Below, in pieces: positions 1 through 9,063 of a DNA stretch of 63,300 bases. This stretch comes from Firmicutes bacterium UBA2598 (GTDB taxonomy: Bacteria; Bacillota; PH28-bin88). Numbering within the stretch: the first letter of the stretch is position 1; every line of letters begins with the position of its first letter. The notes beneath the pieces were generated by a model. That model did not search any database. It saw only the letters and a list, made by a program, of their open reading frames with translations, and was not told the DNA's origin. Made by a program: the position numbers and the translations under genes. The stretch covers positions 79,259 to 142,558 of the forward strand of contig DDKM01000032.1 of the NCBI GenBank assembly GCA_002339345.1, given 5' to 3'.

Positions 1-1503
1 GAGCGGAAATTCGGCTCGCCTTTGATCACAAAGGACGGCGTGACAGTTGCCAAGGAGATCGAACTGAAGGATCCCTATGAAAACATGGGTGCCCAGTTAT
101 GTAAGGAAGTTGCCTCCAAAACCAACGATGTGGCCGGAGATGGCACTACAACTGCTACTGTTTTGGCCCAGGCCATAGTTTCGGAAGGTTTGAAAAACGT
201 GGCAGCGGGCGCTAATCCCATCTTTATTAAAAAGGGAATTGACAAGGCAGTCGAAGTGGCGGTGGAAGAAATTAAAAAAGCCAGCCTGCCCGTCGAAACC
301 AGAGAAAGTATTGCCCACGTGGCTTCCATTGCCGCCAACGACAGTGAAATTGGCAATCTAATTGCTGAAGCCATGGAAAAGGTCGGCAAGGATGGTGTAA
401 TTACCGTCGAAGAATCCAAGGGCATTTCCACTACCGTAGAAGTGGTAGAAGGTATGGAGTTTGACAAGGGATATGTCTCGCCATACTTCGCCACCAACAA
501 CGAAACGATGGAAGTGAATTTGGAAGAACCCTATATTTTGATTTACGAAAAGAAAATATCTGCAATTTCTGATCTATTGCCGGTCCTGGAAAAGGTTGTT
601 AAGACCGGCCGGCCCCTGCTAATTATTGCCGAAGATGTGGAAGGAGAAGCCCTTGCCACCCTGGTGGTCAACAAGCTACGGGGAACACTATCCTGCTGCG
701 CTGTGAAAGCCCCCGGTTTTGGTGACCGCCGCAAAGCGATGATGGAAGACATAGCGATTCTGACCAAGGGAACCTTTGTTTCCGAAGATATGGGGTATAA
801 ACTGGAAAATGTGGATATTGGCATGCTGGGCCGGGCCAAAAAGGTAAAAGTTGGCAAGGAAAAAACCACCATTGTGGAAGGCGCCGGTTCCAGTGAAGCC
901 GTTGCAGCCAGGGTGGCCCAAATCAAGAAGCAAATTGAAGAGACAGAGTCTGAATATGATCGGGAGAAGCTACAGGAGCGTTTAGCCAAGTTGGCTGGCG
1001 GCGTAGCAGTGGTGAAAGTTGGTGCAGCCACCGAGACGGAGTTGAAGGAGAAGAAGCATCGCGTTGAGGATGCCCTATCGGCAACCCGAGCTGCCGTTGA
1101 GGAAGGGATTGTTGCTGGTGGTGGTACTACACTTATCAATATCATCCCCTCCTTGGAGAAGATTGTTGCTGAGGGCGATGAAATGGTTGGCGTCAAGATC
1201 ATTCGCCGCGCACTAGAAGAGCCACTTCGCCAAATTGCCAGCAATGCTGGCTTAGAAGGGTCGGTAGTAGTAGAAAGGGTCAAAAATTCCGCCAAGGGTA
1301 TCGGATTTGATGCCATGGCAGAAGACTATGTTGATATGATCAAAGCTGGAATTGTCGATCCGGCAAAGGTTACCCGGAGTGCCCTGCAAAATGCGGCCAG
1401 CATTGCATCCATGCTGTTAACCACAGAAGCTTTGGTGGCCGAAATTCCGGAAAAGCCAAAGGCAGGTCCCGGCGGCTACCCGCCACCTGATATGGACTAT
1501 TAA
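1..1503 (+). CDS. groEL: Chaperonin GroEL (60 kDa), 5'-truncated by the window edge
   Basis: Frame 1 is open from base 1 ([24 protein letters not shown]...). It shows the [11 protein letters not shown] motif and the C-terminal region, with stop TAA at 1501-1503. About 30 N-terminal residues lie upstream of the window. Confidence 0.97.
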   Translation, partial: ERKFGSPLITKDGVTVAKEIELKDPYENMGAQLCKEVASKTNDVAGDGTTTATVLAQAIVSEGLKNVAAGANPIFIKKGIDKAVEVAVEEIKKASLPVETRESIAHVASIAANDSEIGNLIAEAMEKVGKDGVITVEESKGISTTVEVVEGMEFDKGYVSPYFATNNETMEVNLEEPYILIYEKKISAISDLLPVLEKVVKTGRPLLIIAEDVEGEALATLVVNKLRGTLSCCAVKAPGFGDRRKAMMEDIAILTKGTFVSEDMGYKLENVDIGMLGRAKKVKVGKEKTTIVEGAGSSEAVAARVAQIKKQIEETESEYDREKLQERLAKLAGGVAVVKVGAATETELKEKKHRVEDALSATRAAVEEGIVAGGGTTLINIIPSLEKIVAEGDEMVGVKIIRRALEEPLRQIASNAGLEGSVVVERVKNSAKGIGFDAMAEDYVDMIKAGIVDPAKVTRSALQNAASIASMLLTTEALVAEIPEKPKAGPGGYPPPDMDY

Positions 1504-1507
1504 AAAA

Positions 1508-1541
1508 TTGGCCCTCGCTGTAAAAGCGGGGGCCAATTTTT
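1508..1541 (+). terminator. Intrinsic terminator after groEL
   Basis: GC-rich hairpin TTGGCCC..GC / GC..GGGCCAA followed by TTTTT, starting 5 nt after the groEL stop. Confidence 0.6.
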
Positions 1542-1753
1542 AGGGGGAAAAAGCAACTTGCGTTGCACACGATTATGGAGTAAAAACAAGAGCGTGGCAG
1601 CCATATTAAGCGGGTTTGATGGTAATTAAAGGTAACCAGGAGGCCTATTTACCGGACCTAATGCCACCATACCTGTACTGCTAATTGCCATACACTCAAA
1701 ATGAGCAGAGTATTCCCTATATGCATCAAGCCATGGGTCGGGGGGATAGCTTT

Positions 1754-2664
1754 CTAGGCTACTAAACCCGTTACCTTTCGAACTTCTGTCAACCTTCCTT
1801 TGGTGGCAAAGCCAACGGCACTGCCGACCATGGAAAGAAGTGAAAGCACAACGTGGACCTTTACCTTGACTAGGCCCCTATGGATCATCAAATCATATCC
1901 CACACCAAATGTTCTTTTAATCGACTATTTACCCGCTCTACCGCCGTCCGCTTCTTGTATAACCTCTTAAACTTCAACGTATGACGGGGTATCCGGCGGA
2001 ATTTACGCTGGTTGGCCTTTACCGAGTATTTTAGTGCCAGACCATAGGAGCTGGATGAACAAAAATCACCATCGCCACCAAGTGGGCATTTGATATGTCC
2101 GGTCTTGGCAGGACAGGAGTCTCCCAATAATACCTCGATCTTTGTTTTAGACTGCTGCGCAAAAGCTTTTTCCATAACCGGAATTAATCTTTCCCCGTCA
2201 TTGTCATTGGCCGGGGTTACCTTAAAGGCTATAGGCAGTTCATAGTCAGCACCAACCAGAAGATGTCAGTTTATAGCCAAACCAGCGAAACCAATTACTC
2301 TGGGCATCTTATTTCCGTCCCCATCGGGCGTCTTTATCAAATGAAGCGGGAGAAAGCCCATTCTGTAGGTATTTCCTTAGCGTGGTCAATCCCGCAAAGA
2401 TAACGGAAACTGGGATTTTTGTGCAATTCTTCGATCAGGGCACGGACAGTCTTGCATGTATTGACCACACCGCCAACCAGGCAATACAGCATGGTTCTGA
2501 TGGGGTAATTATTTCGACCGTTTCCGCGCCTTTTGTTGAGGATGCTGATCACCTCTTCAAGATCTAAACTGTCTGGAATTAAGACCAACCGGTCATGGGA
2601 GTCATATTTTAGTGTCTCTTCAAAGGGAAATGCGGTTTGCTCTTGTTTGCTGCCGAATATACAT
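1754..2664 (-). pseudogene. Decayed DDE transposase (IS4/IS5-superfamily, InsH/DUF772-type N-terminus)
   Basis: Transposase-like pieces lie in three different minus frames. They are an ATG at 2664 with AAGGAG SD, then KQEQTAFPFEETLKYDSHDRLVLIPDSLDLEEV...EIPTEWAFSRFI (track ORF 2337-2588). A WFGYKL / HLLVGADYELPIAFKVTPANDNDGERLIPVMEKAF junction is broken by a 1-nt shift, followed by ...RTAVERVNSRLKEHL (track ORF 1888-2175). The tail IHRGLVKVKVHVVLSLLSMV is in yet another frame and ends at 1754. The total length is far shorter than an intact enzyme. Confidence 0.7.
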
Positions 2665-2820
2665 GGTTGGGGACCTACTCCTTCCGTGTAGATTTGGTTG
2701 AGTTTTGGTAGCTTACTGATTCTACACTGTTGGGGTAAAGTCCCTTTTTTATTTATTTATTGGATATTTTTTCTTTAGTTTTTCAATGGTTTTAGGGGCT
2801 ACGCATGTTGCTTGGGGGAA

Positions 2821-2849
2821 AAACAAAAAAGAGCTTTTTATAAAGCTCC
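2821..2849 (-). terminator. Intrinsic terminator after tRNA-Gln
   Basis: Minus strand reads GAGCTTT-ATAA-AAAGCTC followed by TTTTTTGTTT, directly downstream of the tRNA-Gln 3' end. Confidence 0.6.
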
Positions 2850-2859
2850 CTATAATCAG

Positions 2860-2934
2860 TGGCTGGGGCGGCTGGATTCGAACCAACACATGGCGGATCC
2901 AAAGTCCGCTGCCTTACCGTTTGGCTACGCCCCA
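2860..2934 (-). tRNA. tRNA-Gln (anticodon UUG)
   Basis: Minus-strand cloverleaf with acceptor TGGGGCG/CGCCCCA. Anticodon stem GCGGA/TCCGC carries loop CTTTGGA. T-arm is GGTTCGAATCC and CCA is encoded. Confidence 0.93.
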
Positions 2935-2948
2935 ATAACGGGAAAAAT

Positions 2949-3026
2949 TGGGGTGGATGATGGGACTTGAACCCACGACCCCCAGAGCCACAATCTGGTG
3001 CTCTAGCCGACTGAGCTACACCCACC
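2949..3026 (-). tRNA. tRNA-His (anticodon GUG)
   Basis: Acceptor GTGGGTG/CATCCAC with the extra 5' G(-1) typical of tRNA-His. Anticodon stem CCAGA/TCTGG carries loop TTGTGGC. T-arm is GGTTCAAGTCC and CCA is encoded. Confidence 0.93.
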
Positions 3027-3043
3027 GCGCAACGGCAACATTT

Positions 3044-3072
3044 ATATTAACACTCTCATCTATAGATGTCAA
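3044..3072 (-). promoter_or_regulatory. Sigma-A-type promoter for tRNA-His/tRNA-Gln
   Basis: Minus strand reads TTGACA (3072-3067), a 17-nt spacer, then TAATAT (3049-3044), about 18 nt upstream of the tRNA-His 5' end. Confidence 0.55.
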
Positions 3073-3230
3073 GCAATATACCATTGGACCAGAGCTGAAG
3101 CATGAAAAATACCCGCAGGCCGCTATTTTTTCACACCTTCACAAGAAAATAGCGCGAAAGGTTATTTCGTTCCAACCCTGTAAGCCCTGATATGCCTGCG
3201 TTTTAAAAGTCGTGCGTCAGCTCTGCCCCT

Positions 3231-3258
3231 AAAAACAAAAAACCGCAGGCCATGCGGT
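3231..3258 (-). terminator. Intrinsic terminator after tRNA-Arg
   Basis: Minus strand reads ACCGCA-TGGCC-TGCGGT followed by TTTTTTGTTTTT. It separates the Gly/Arg pair from the His/Gln pair. Confidence 0.5.
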
Positions 3259-3272
3259 ATCAGAAACTGCTA

Positions 3273-3349
3273 TGGTGCGCCTGAAGGGATTCGAACCCCT
3301 GACCCACGGATTAGAAGTCCGTTGCTCTATCCAACTGAGCTACAGGCGC
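3273..3349 (-). tRNA. tRNA-Arg (anticodon UCU)
   Basis: Acceptor GCGCCTG/CAGGCGC. Anticodon stem ACGGA/TCCGT carries loop CTTCTAA. T-arm is GGTTCGAATCC and CCA is encoded. Confidence 0.93.
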
Positions 3350-3365
3350 CTGCTGCCTAAAAAAA

Positions 3366-3439
3366 TGGAGCGGGTGATGGGAATCGAACCCACGCGACTA
3401 GCTTGGAAGGCTAGGGCTCTACCATTGAGCTACACCCGC
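3366..3439 (-). tRNA. tRNA-Gly (anticodon UCC)
   Basis: Acceptor GCGGGTG/CACCCGC. Anticodon stem CTAGC/GCTAG carries loop CTTCCAA. T-arm is GGTTCGATTCC and CCA is encoded. Confidence 0.93.
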
Positions 3440-3514
3440 ATCTTTACCATGGATATCCCGGAATTATACACAGGTAAACTGCAGGATTTAGTATAGCCAA
3501 TAACGGGGCATTTG

Positions 3515-4003
3515 TCAAAAGTTATTTATCACCATATGACGGAGATGGTACCCATCAGGGCTAACGGTCAACCAGCCATAGGATCCTTGTTGATGATCCC
3601 GTGGACGGCAAGGGCTGCCAGGATTAAATAGGTGCAGGTTTTCCATCTTCTGGTCCAGGGGCACGTGGGTATGGCCAAAGATGCACACATCCACTCCCAG
3701 CTGTTTTCCACGCCGGACTATCTCCGACAAACCGGCCTTTACCCCTAAACGATGTCCATGGGTAATCAGGATTTTTATGCCAGATAGGTCCACCACCAGC
3801 TCATCCGGCCCCCGCCGGCCCCAGTCACAGTTACCGGCTACACCATAGACCTGGCAGGGGTAATTTTTTTGAATCCACACACTGTCTGCAAAATGATCGC
3901 CAGCGTGTATAACGGCATCCGGTACTCCCCCCTGCTTGATGACCGCCTCCAGGATACGGCGATCACCGTGGGTATCGCTCACCACCAGCACCCTTGGCAT
4001 CAT
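3515..4003 (-). CDS. YfcE/MJ0936-family metallophosphoesterase (B. subtilis YsnB-like)
   Basis: Shows the metallophosphoesterase motifs VVSDTHG, HAGD, GNCD, THGH and GHTH. It sits downstream of rph-rdgB, as in Bacillus. Confidence 0.85.
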   Translation of the reverse strand: MMPRVLVVSDTHGDRRILEAVIKQGGVPDAVIHAGDHFADSVWIQKNYPCQVYGVAGNCDWGRRGPDELVVDLSGIKILITHGHRLGVKAGLSEIVRRGKQLGVDVCIFGHTHVPLDQKMENLHLFNPGSPCRPRDHQQGSYGWLTVSPDGYHLRHMVINNF

Positions 4004-4033
4004 CCATCACCCCATGCAGATACTCCGATCTCC

Positions 4034-4636
4034 TCAAACACCAACCAGCCTGCAGATTATTTCCGCCGCCCGGCGGAAAGCCTGGGCCCGGTGGCTGATG
4101 GTGTTTTTCACCTCCGGCGCCAGTTCAGCCATGGTACACCCGAATGCAGGAAGGTAAAAAAGGGGATCATACCCAAACCCATTGATCCCCCTCGGTTCAT
4201 ACCCGATCTCGCCCTCACAGGTACCGTCTACCAGATAACACTGTCCCCCAGGCGTTACCACGGCGATGGTACAGCGAAAACGGGCAGTCCGCCGGCCCGG
4301 TGTCACATCCGCCATCAACTGCAATAGTTTTTCATTGTTTCGACGGTCGTCCTTGGGTTCACCGGCAAAACGGGCGGACAACACACCGGGTGCCCCACCG
4401 AGGGCATCAACCTCCAGGCCGGAGTCGTCTGCAATGGCCAGCAAACCTGTGCGGTTTGCCGTATCAACGGCCTTCAGGCTGGCGTTTTCCGCAAAAGTCC
4501 GGCCCGTTTCCTCCACCTCCGGTAAGGCGGGAAAGTCTGCCAGGCTCAGCATTTCCACCGGCAAGGGCGCCAATAGGGCCCTGAATTCCTTCAGCTTACC
4601 CATATTGCGGGTCGCCAGGACTATCTGTTTATTCAT
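4034..4636 (-). CDS. rdgB: Non-canonical purine NTP pyrophosphatase (XTP/dITP diphosphatase, RdgB/HAM1 family)
   Basis: Shows LATRNxGKxxE, FGYDPLF and the ISHR motif. It overlaps the rph stop by 4 nt. Confidence 0.9.
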   Translation of the reverse strand: MNKQIVLATRNMGKLKEFRALLAPLPVEMLSLADFPALPEVEETGRTFAENASLKAVDTANRTGLLAIADDSGLEVDALGGAPGVLSARFAGEPKDDRRNNEKLLQLMADVTPGRRTARFRCTIAVVTPGGQCYLVDGTCEGEIGYEPRGINGFGYDPLFYLPAFGCTMAELAPEVKNTISHRAQAFRRAAEIICRLVGV

Positions 4637-5376
4637 GGTACAATAATTCCTTCCGCCACCGGCCCAAGGGCCTGTTTTTGCATTTCCACCAAGTGTTTTA
4701 CGGCTGTAGCGGCCAGATCAAGCATGGCCTCCAGTTCCGCCCGGGTAAAGGGATAATCCTCGGCAGTACCTTGTACCTCTACCAGCTTCCCGCTGGCGGT
4801 CATCACCACATTCATATCCACCTGGGCACGGGCATCCTCATCATAACATAAATCCACCATTAACTCATCCTGTACCTTACCCACACTGATGGCTGCCAGG
4901 TAGTCCACCACCGGCAGGCGGGGCAAATGACCCTCATCAACCAAGTGCTGCATGGCATCCACCATGGCCACAAAACTACCGGTAATGGCGGTGGTGCGGG
5001 TACCCCCATCCGCCTGGATGACATCACAATCCAAGGTAATGGTCCTTTCCCCCAAAATGGACAGATCCACCACCGAGCGTAAGGAACGCCCGATCAACCG
5101 CTGGATTTCGTGGGTGCGTCCCCCGATCTTGCCCTTTGCCGCTTCCCTCACCGTGCGAACCTGGGTAGCCCGGGGAAGCATGGCGTATTCCGCGGTAATC
5201 CATCCCCTGCCGGAACCCTTGGCAAAGGGAGGCACCTTTTCCTCCACAGTTGCCGTGCAAATTACCCTGGTCTGTCCTGCCTCCACCAGCACCGATCCCT
5301 CGGCATGTTTAATATAACCACGGGTGATCCGGATCGGTCTGACCTCACCGACTGTACGGCCATCTATGCGTGCCAC
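4633..5376 (-). CDS. rph: Ribonuclease PH
   Basis: Shows RIDGR...[30 protein letters not shown] and [18 protein letters not shown], with full-length collinearity to RNase PH. Confidence 0.95.
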   Translation of the reverse strand: MARIDGRTVGEVRPIRITRGYIKHAEGSVLVEAGQTRVICTATVEEKVPPFAKGSGRGWITAEYAMLPRATQVRTVREAAKGKIGGRTHEIQRLIGRSLRSVVDLSILGERTITLDCDVIQADGGTRTTAITGSFVAMVDAMQHLVDEGHLPRLPVVDYLAAISVGKVQDELMVDLCYDEDARAQVDMNVVMTASGKLVEVQGTAEDYPFTRAELEAMLDLAATAVKHLVEMQKQALGPVAEGIIVP

Positions 5377-5416
5377 AGTACATCTACCTCCAGGAAACAG
5401 ATTGCCAATAGTAGAT

Positions 5417-6427
5417 TTAACCGGTACCGGTCAAGTTTTTCAAACCGTCAATACCGCTGCCGGACCCCCCAGGCAATTGGTGGGCAGACCCCACCAGACC
5501 TACCATGATGTAAAGTTGCTGCACGGGATCCCACCGAAATTCGGGCATCAACCGGAAATTCTCCACCTCACCCGTCCGCTTTAGGTGAATGCGGGGTCCG
5601 GTGCAGTTGACCAATAGGTCACCAATGCGGATGTGATTCTCATCCACGTAGGCAATTTCCACATCATTGCGGATGTAGTCCTTTACCCGGTCTTCCACCT
5701 CCACCAGGTCGATGGCTGGTATGGCATCAAACTCCAATATAAATCCATGTTTGATGTCCCCATGCACCCGCGGTTTGGGGATCCCCATACCGTCCAGCAC
5801 CAATCCCGTCAAATCCTCAGCGGTATGGGCCATTTTGCGGTAACGAATGGAGTTAAAGACAATCCCGGCAATATCCTGTGGATCGGGGCCGAAAAGTCCC
5901 GGCCTGGTTACGATGACCTCTTCGCCAACCCCGATCAGCACCTCCGGTTTAATGTCCAGGTAGGGATGTAGCAGTTCATAATGTTCCACCACCACCCGCC
6001 GCCCCTTCATGATGGCCTGGCGGGCAGCTTCCGCCAGTTCACCCGGTTGGGTAAAGGCGGTCTCGAAGCGCACATCCAGGTGGTAGGTGTGATGGCGAAA
6101 GAACCCTCGCTGGGCATGGTCCAGCAGGGGCAGTGGTCTGATGTTTACATTATTGTCATCATTGGTCAGCTCCAGTCCCGGAAACATGCCACTGATAAGC
6201 AGGGATTTGCCGGCGCCGGCATCACCAATTAACCCGATTAAGCGATCTTCTGCACTGAGGTAGCGCTGGGCCACATTGGCCCCCAAGTGGATCAGCCGCT
6301 TTTTTCCCCTGGGGGCAAAATACACGGCGTGCATCAAGTATTCATGGATCCCGATCACACCCAATCTTCCTACCCCCATTCCCACCGGCCAAAAACCGGT
6401 ACCTGCCACGCCCACTGCTATGGCCAA
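5417..6427 (-). CDS. Uncharacterised P-loop NTPase-like protein
   Basis: 336-aa ORF with a Walker-A-like GDAGAGKS. I do not recognise any other family signature. The start (TTG at 6427) is uncertain and internal ATGs are possible. Confidence 0.55.
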   Translation of the reverse strand: MAIAVGVAGTGFWPVGMGVGRLGVIGIHEYLMHAVYFAPRGKKRLIHLGANVAQRYLSAEDRLIGLIGDAGAGKSLLISGMFPGLELTNDDNNVNIRPLPLLDHAQRGFFRHHTYHLDVRFETAFTQPGELAEAARQAIMKGRRVVVEHYELLHPYLDIKPEVLIGVGEEVIVTRPGLFGPDPQDIAGIVFNSIRYRKMAHTAEDLTGLVLDGMGIPKPRVHGDIKHGFILEFDAIPAIDLVEVEDRVKDYIRNDVEIAYVDENHIRIGDLLVNCTGPRIHLKRTGEVENFRLMPEFRWDPVQQLYIMVGLVGSAHQLPGGSGSGIDGLKNLTGTG

Positions 6428-6462
6428 AGGCCTTCCGCCGGGTCAAAGCAGGCAACCAGCCG

Positions 6463-7209
6463 TTAGATTCTGTATGCCAAGTTCTCTTCAGCCAGCTCAG
6501 GTTCAATACCTGCCGCTACCGCCTCCTGCCGCAGGGCATCCAGGTCATAGCCAGGCCAAAAATGGGTCAACACCAGCCGTTGCACACCAGCCTGCACCGC
6601 TAGCTCACCAGCCTGGCGTGCCAGCACGTGACCTGTTTTGAGGGCATATTCGGCATCCCTTTCCATGATACTGGCTTCACAAAGCAGCAAATCCGCCTTG
6701 GCTGCCAGCAAAGGCAGTCCATCGAACCATCCGGTATCCCCAGTGTATACCAACCGGCGCCCGCCAGCGGTTACCGCCACACCGATGGTAGGAAAGCCGT
6801 GGAGTGTACGGAATGGCTCAATGACAAAGGGCCCGATGGTAATAGGGGGGTAACTGCATCCGGGCTCATCCGCCAGGGCGCCTACCTCTTTAACCCGAAA
6901 GGCCCGTACCATCTGCTGCAACTGGCTGACTGCCTCTCCCGGCGGCACCACCAACGGCAGTGGTTCCGCCTCCCGGCCTTCCCGCTGCTGCCCCTCCCAG
7001 GCGTGGCGCAAAGCGATTAAATCACCCCAATGGTCAGCATGAAAATGGCTGATCACTACACCGTGCAAATCGCGCCATGGCAAACGCGACATCACCCCGT
7101 GGCCACAATCCAGCAGCAGACTGGCTCCGGCATGGGTGACCAGATAGCCGGAACACGCCCCGCCCATCCGGGGGTAGGGAGCCCAACAGCCCAATACTTT
7201 TAGTTCCAT
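6463..7209 (-). CDS. MBL-fold metallo-hydrolase (RNase Z / YhfI-like)
   Basis: Shows the HFHADHWGD zinc motif and a later TGDTG...H pattern. Start moved to ATG 7209 (MELKVLG), which has a GGGGAGG SD; the track start at 7236 has none. Confidence 0.8.
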   Translation of the reverse strand: MELKVLGCWAPYPRMGGACSGYLVTHAGASLLLDCGHGVMSRLPWRDLHGVVISHFHADHWGDLIALRHAWEGQQREGREAEPLPLVVPPGEAVSQLQQMVRAFRVKEVGALADEPGCSYPPITIGPFVIEPFRTLHGFPTIGVAVTAGGRRLVYTGDTGWFDGLPLLAAKADLLLCEASIMERDAEYALKTGHVLARQAGELAVQAGVQRLVLTHFWPGYDLDALRQEAVAAGIEPELAEENLAYRI

Positions 7210-7236
7210 CCCCAAAACCTCCCCTTCAAACTCCAT

Positions 7237-8001
7237 TCACTGAGCGGCTTCTGCCAGACAGCAACCGATGGCCCCGTTAAACTGGGGATGGGGAGGGATT
7301 ACCACCTCCACCTCCAGTTCCCTGGCCAGGATCTCCCCGATGGCCTTGTTATAGGCTACACCGCCGGTAAAAACCAGGATCGGACTGTACAGTTTAAGCA
7401 GCATAGGCAGTACCCGACGGAAAATGGTATAGTTCACACCTGCCGCCAGGCTGGCAATGGGATGTCCCTCGATGATACGTCCCACCAATTCCGATTCGCC
7501 GAAGACAGCACAGGTTGAACTCAATTCCACCGGGTCATGGGTATGTCTCCCCATTTCTGCCAGGGAAACGCCCAGTACCGCCGCCATGTTTTCCACATAC
7601 CGGCCGGAGCTGGCGGCACATCGATCATTGGTGATAAAATCCGCCATCTTCCCGTTCCGGACCAGGATGACCTTACTGTCTTGGCCTCCCAAATCAAGGA
7701 GGGTATAATCGGTAAGACCGGTCTGGAAATTGGCCCCCAGCAGGTGGGCACGGATTTCCGGTATGTTGACCGCTCCCTCCACCTGGATAGTAAGGCGACC
7801 GTACCCTGTGGACACCACCCTGTCCAAACTTGGCAGGCCAAGGGCTGCAAAGTCGATGACCAGCCTTTCCCCCGCTTTCCGCCCAAAACGCCGGTAAAAT
7901 TCGATCGTGTCATATTTCCTGGTTTCTATTAGGTTGCCGTCCTCCATCAGGGCCAGCTTCACCCACCGGCTGCCCAAATCCATACCGGCCACCAGTGCCA
8001 C
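7237..8001 (-). CDS. BcrAD/BadFG-family ATPase (2-hydroxyacyl-CoA dehydratase activase / 'archerase'-type)
   Basis: ASKHA fold signatures GMDLGSRWVKLAL and LLDLGGQDSKVI. The Cys pair (NDRCAASSG ... STCAVF) is typical of the bridging [4Fe-4S] cluster in HgdC-like activators. Length is 254 aa. Confidence 0.85.
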   Translation of the reverse strand: MALVAGMDLGSRWVKLALMEDGNLIETRKYDTIEFYRRFGRKAGERLVIDFAALGLPSLDRVVSTGYGRLTIQVEGAVNIPEIRAHLLGANFQTGLTDYTLLDLGGQDSKVILVRNGKMADFITNDRCAASSGRYVENMAAVLGVSLAEMGRHTHDPVELSSTCAVFGESELVGRIIEGHPIASLAAGVNYTIFRRVLPMLLKLYSPILVFTGGVAYNKAIGEILARELEVEVVIPPHPQFNGAIGCCLAEAAQ

Positions 8002-8061
8002 CGGTCCATCTCCCTTTCCTAGCCCACCGGGTAATTGCCCAAATTATGTCAACGGATCCGC

Positions 8062-9042
8062 CTATCGCAGCATTTCCACAAAGGCATCGATGCGCATGCG
8101 GCTGCGGGCATCCAGCCCGCCCGGGCGGTCAACCTCCAGGAAAAGCATCGGTACATTGAGCTTTTCCCTGAAAATGATATCTTCAATTTGCCGGAAACAA
8201 AAACTCTGGGTATAGTGGATAATTCCCTGGATCCTACGGCGCTCAATTTCCTGTTTGATATCCAGAATGCGGTCAAACACAGGATAGGGATAGGTATACA
8301 ACCGGTATTGCTCCACCAGATCACCGGTCTGAAAGGGCATGGAAAACTGCCGCTGGACCTCATTATACACCACCCTGGCCCCAATATCCTCCAGGTACCG
8401 GTACAGATCCGGCACAATGGGCGGAACTCCAATGTACCCCAAGCGAACCTGTTCACGGAAGGCCTCCCGCCGGGATAACCCCGCCAGGAAGTCCTCCGCC
8501 TCCCGGGCAAAGGCCTCCGGGTCACCGTTAAAATCACTGCAACTGACCTGGTAAAGATGGTTTTCCTGCCCACTAACCAGGTTGGTTTCATATGTATGGC
8601 GGTCAATCTCATGAACCAGCGCCCTTACCCGGTCCAACCTGTCCTTGGTTTCCATTACCGCTGGCCAGTCCACTTGAAAATAGCCCATCAACTTCTCAAT
8701 GGACAGTTTAAGCAGGTCCCGATCCCGGTCATAGGGAAAGGCAAAGGGAATAATCCGGATTTCCTTCAGGACCAAGGTTTCCATCAAAGCATGGGTGTTG
8801 CTGCAATCCCCCTGGGTAACGGCAATAACCTCCCGGATTTCGGGAGTTTCCAACACGGTGCCGTAAATGCCCTTAATCCAACCGCAGAGGTTACGGGGAT
8901 AACCGGCCATTTCCGCCGCTTCCACCATCTTCCCCGGGTTCTGGCCGGTGATAAAGACATTGTTCAAATCCACCGGCACACAACCGGCGGCAAAGACCAC
9001 CTCCACCGGTACAGTGGTGGTGATGCCGATTTTCCTCACCAT
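8062..9042 (-). CDS. 2-hydroxyacyl-CoA dehydratase family protein (HgdB/BcrC-like, single subunit)
   Basis: 326-aa ORF with the family's N-terminal KIGITTTVPVEVVFAAG block and conserved Cys residues (GDCSN, TQSFCFR). It lies 60 nt upstream of the activase. Confidence 0.75.
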   Translation of the reverse strand: MVRKIGITTTVPVEVVFAAGCVPVDLNNVFITGQNPGKMVEAAEMAGYPRNLCGWIKGIYGTVLETPEIREVIAVTQGDCSNTHALMETLVLKEIRIIPFAFPYDRDRDLLKLSIEKLMGYFQVDWPAVMETKDRLDRVRALVHEIDRHTYETNLVSGQENHLYQVSCSDFNGDPEAFAREAEDFLAGLSRREAFREQVRLGYIGVPPIVPDLYRYLEDIGARVVYNEVQRQFSMPFQTGDLVEQYRLYTYPYPVFDRILDIKQEIERRRIQGIIHYTQSFCFRQIEDIIFREKLNVPMLFLEVDRPGGLDARSRMRIDAFVEMLR

Positions 9043-9063
9043 GGGCAGAACCTCCCTTTTGGC

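Noticed and set aside
543-1316. Long antisense ORFs inside groEL, with similar ORFs opposite other well-identified genes (for example 39170-39940, 43180-43992, 44550-45314, 61498-62562, 24822-25565).
   Set aside because: They lie opposite genes with unambiguous family signatures. Their composition (Pro/Gly/Arg/Ser-rich) is typical of antisense frames in GC-rich DNA, and they lack SD sequences.
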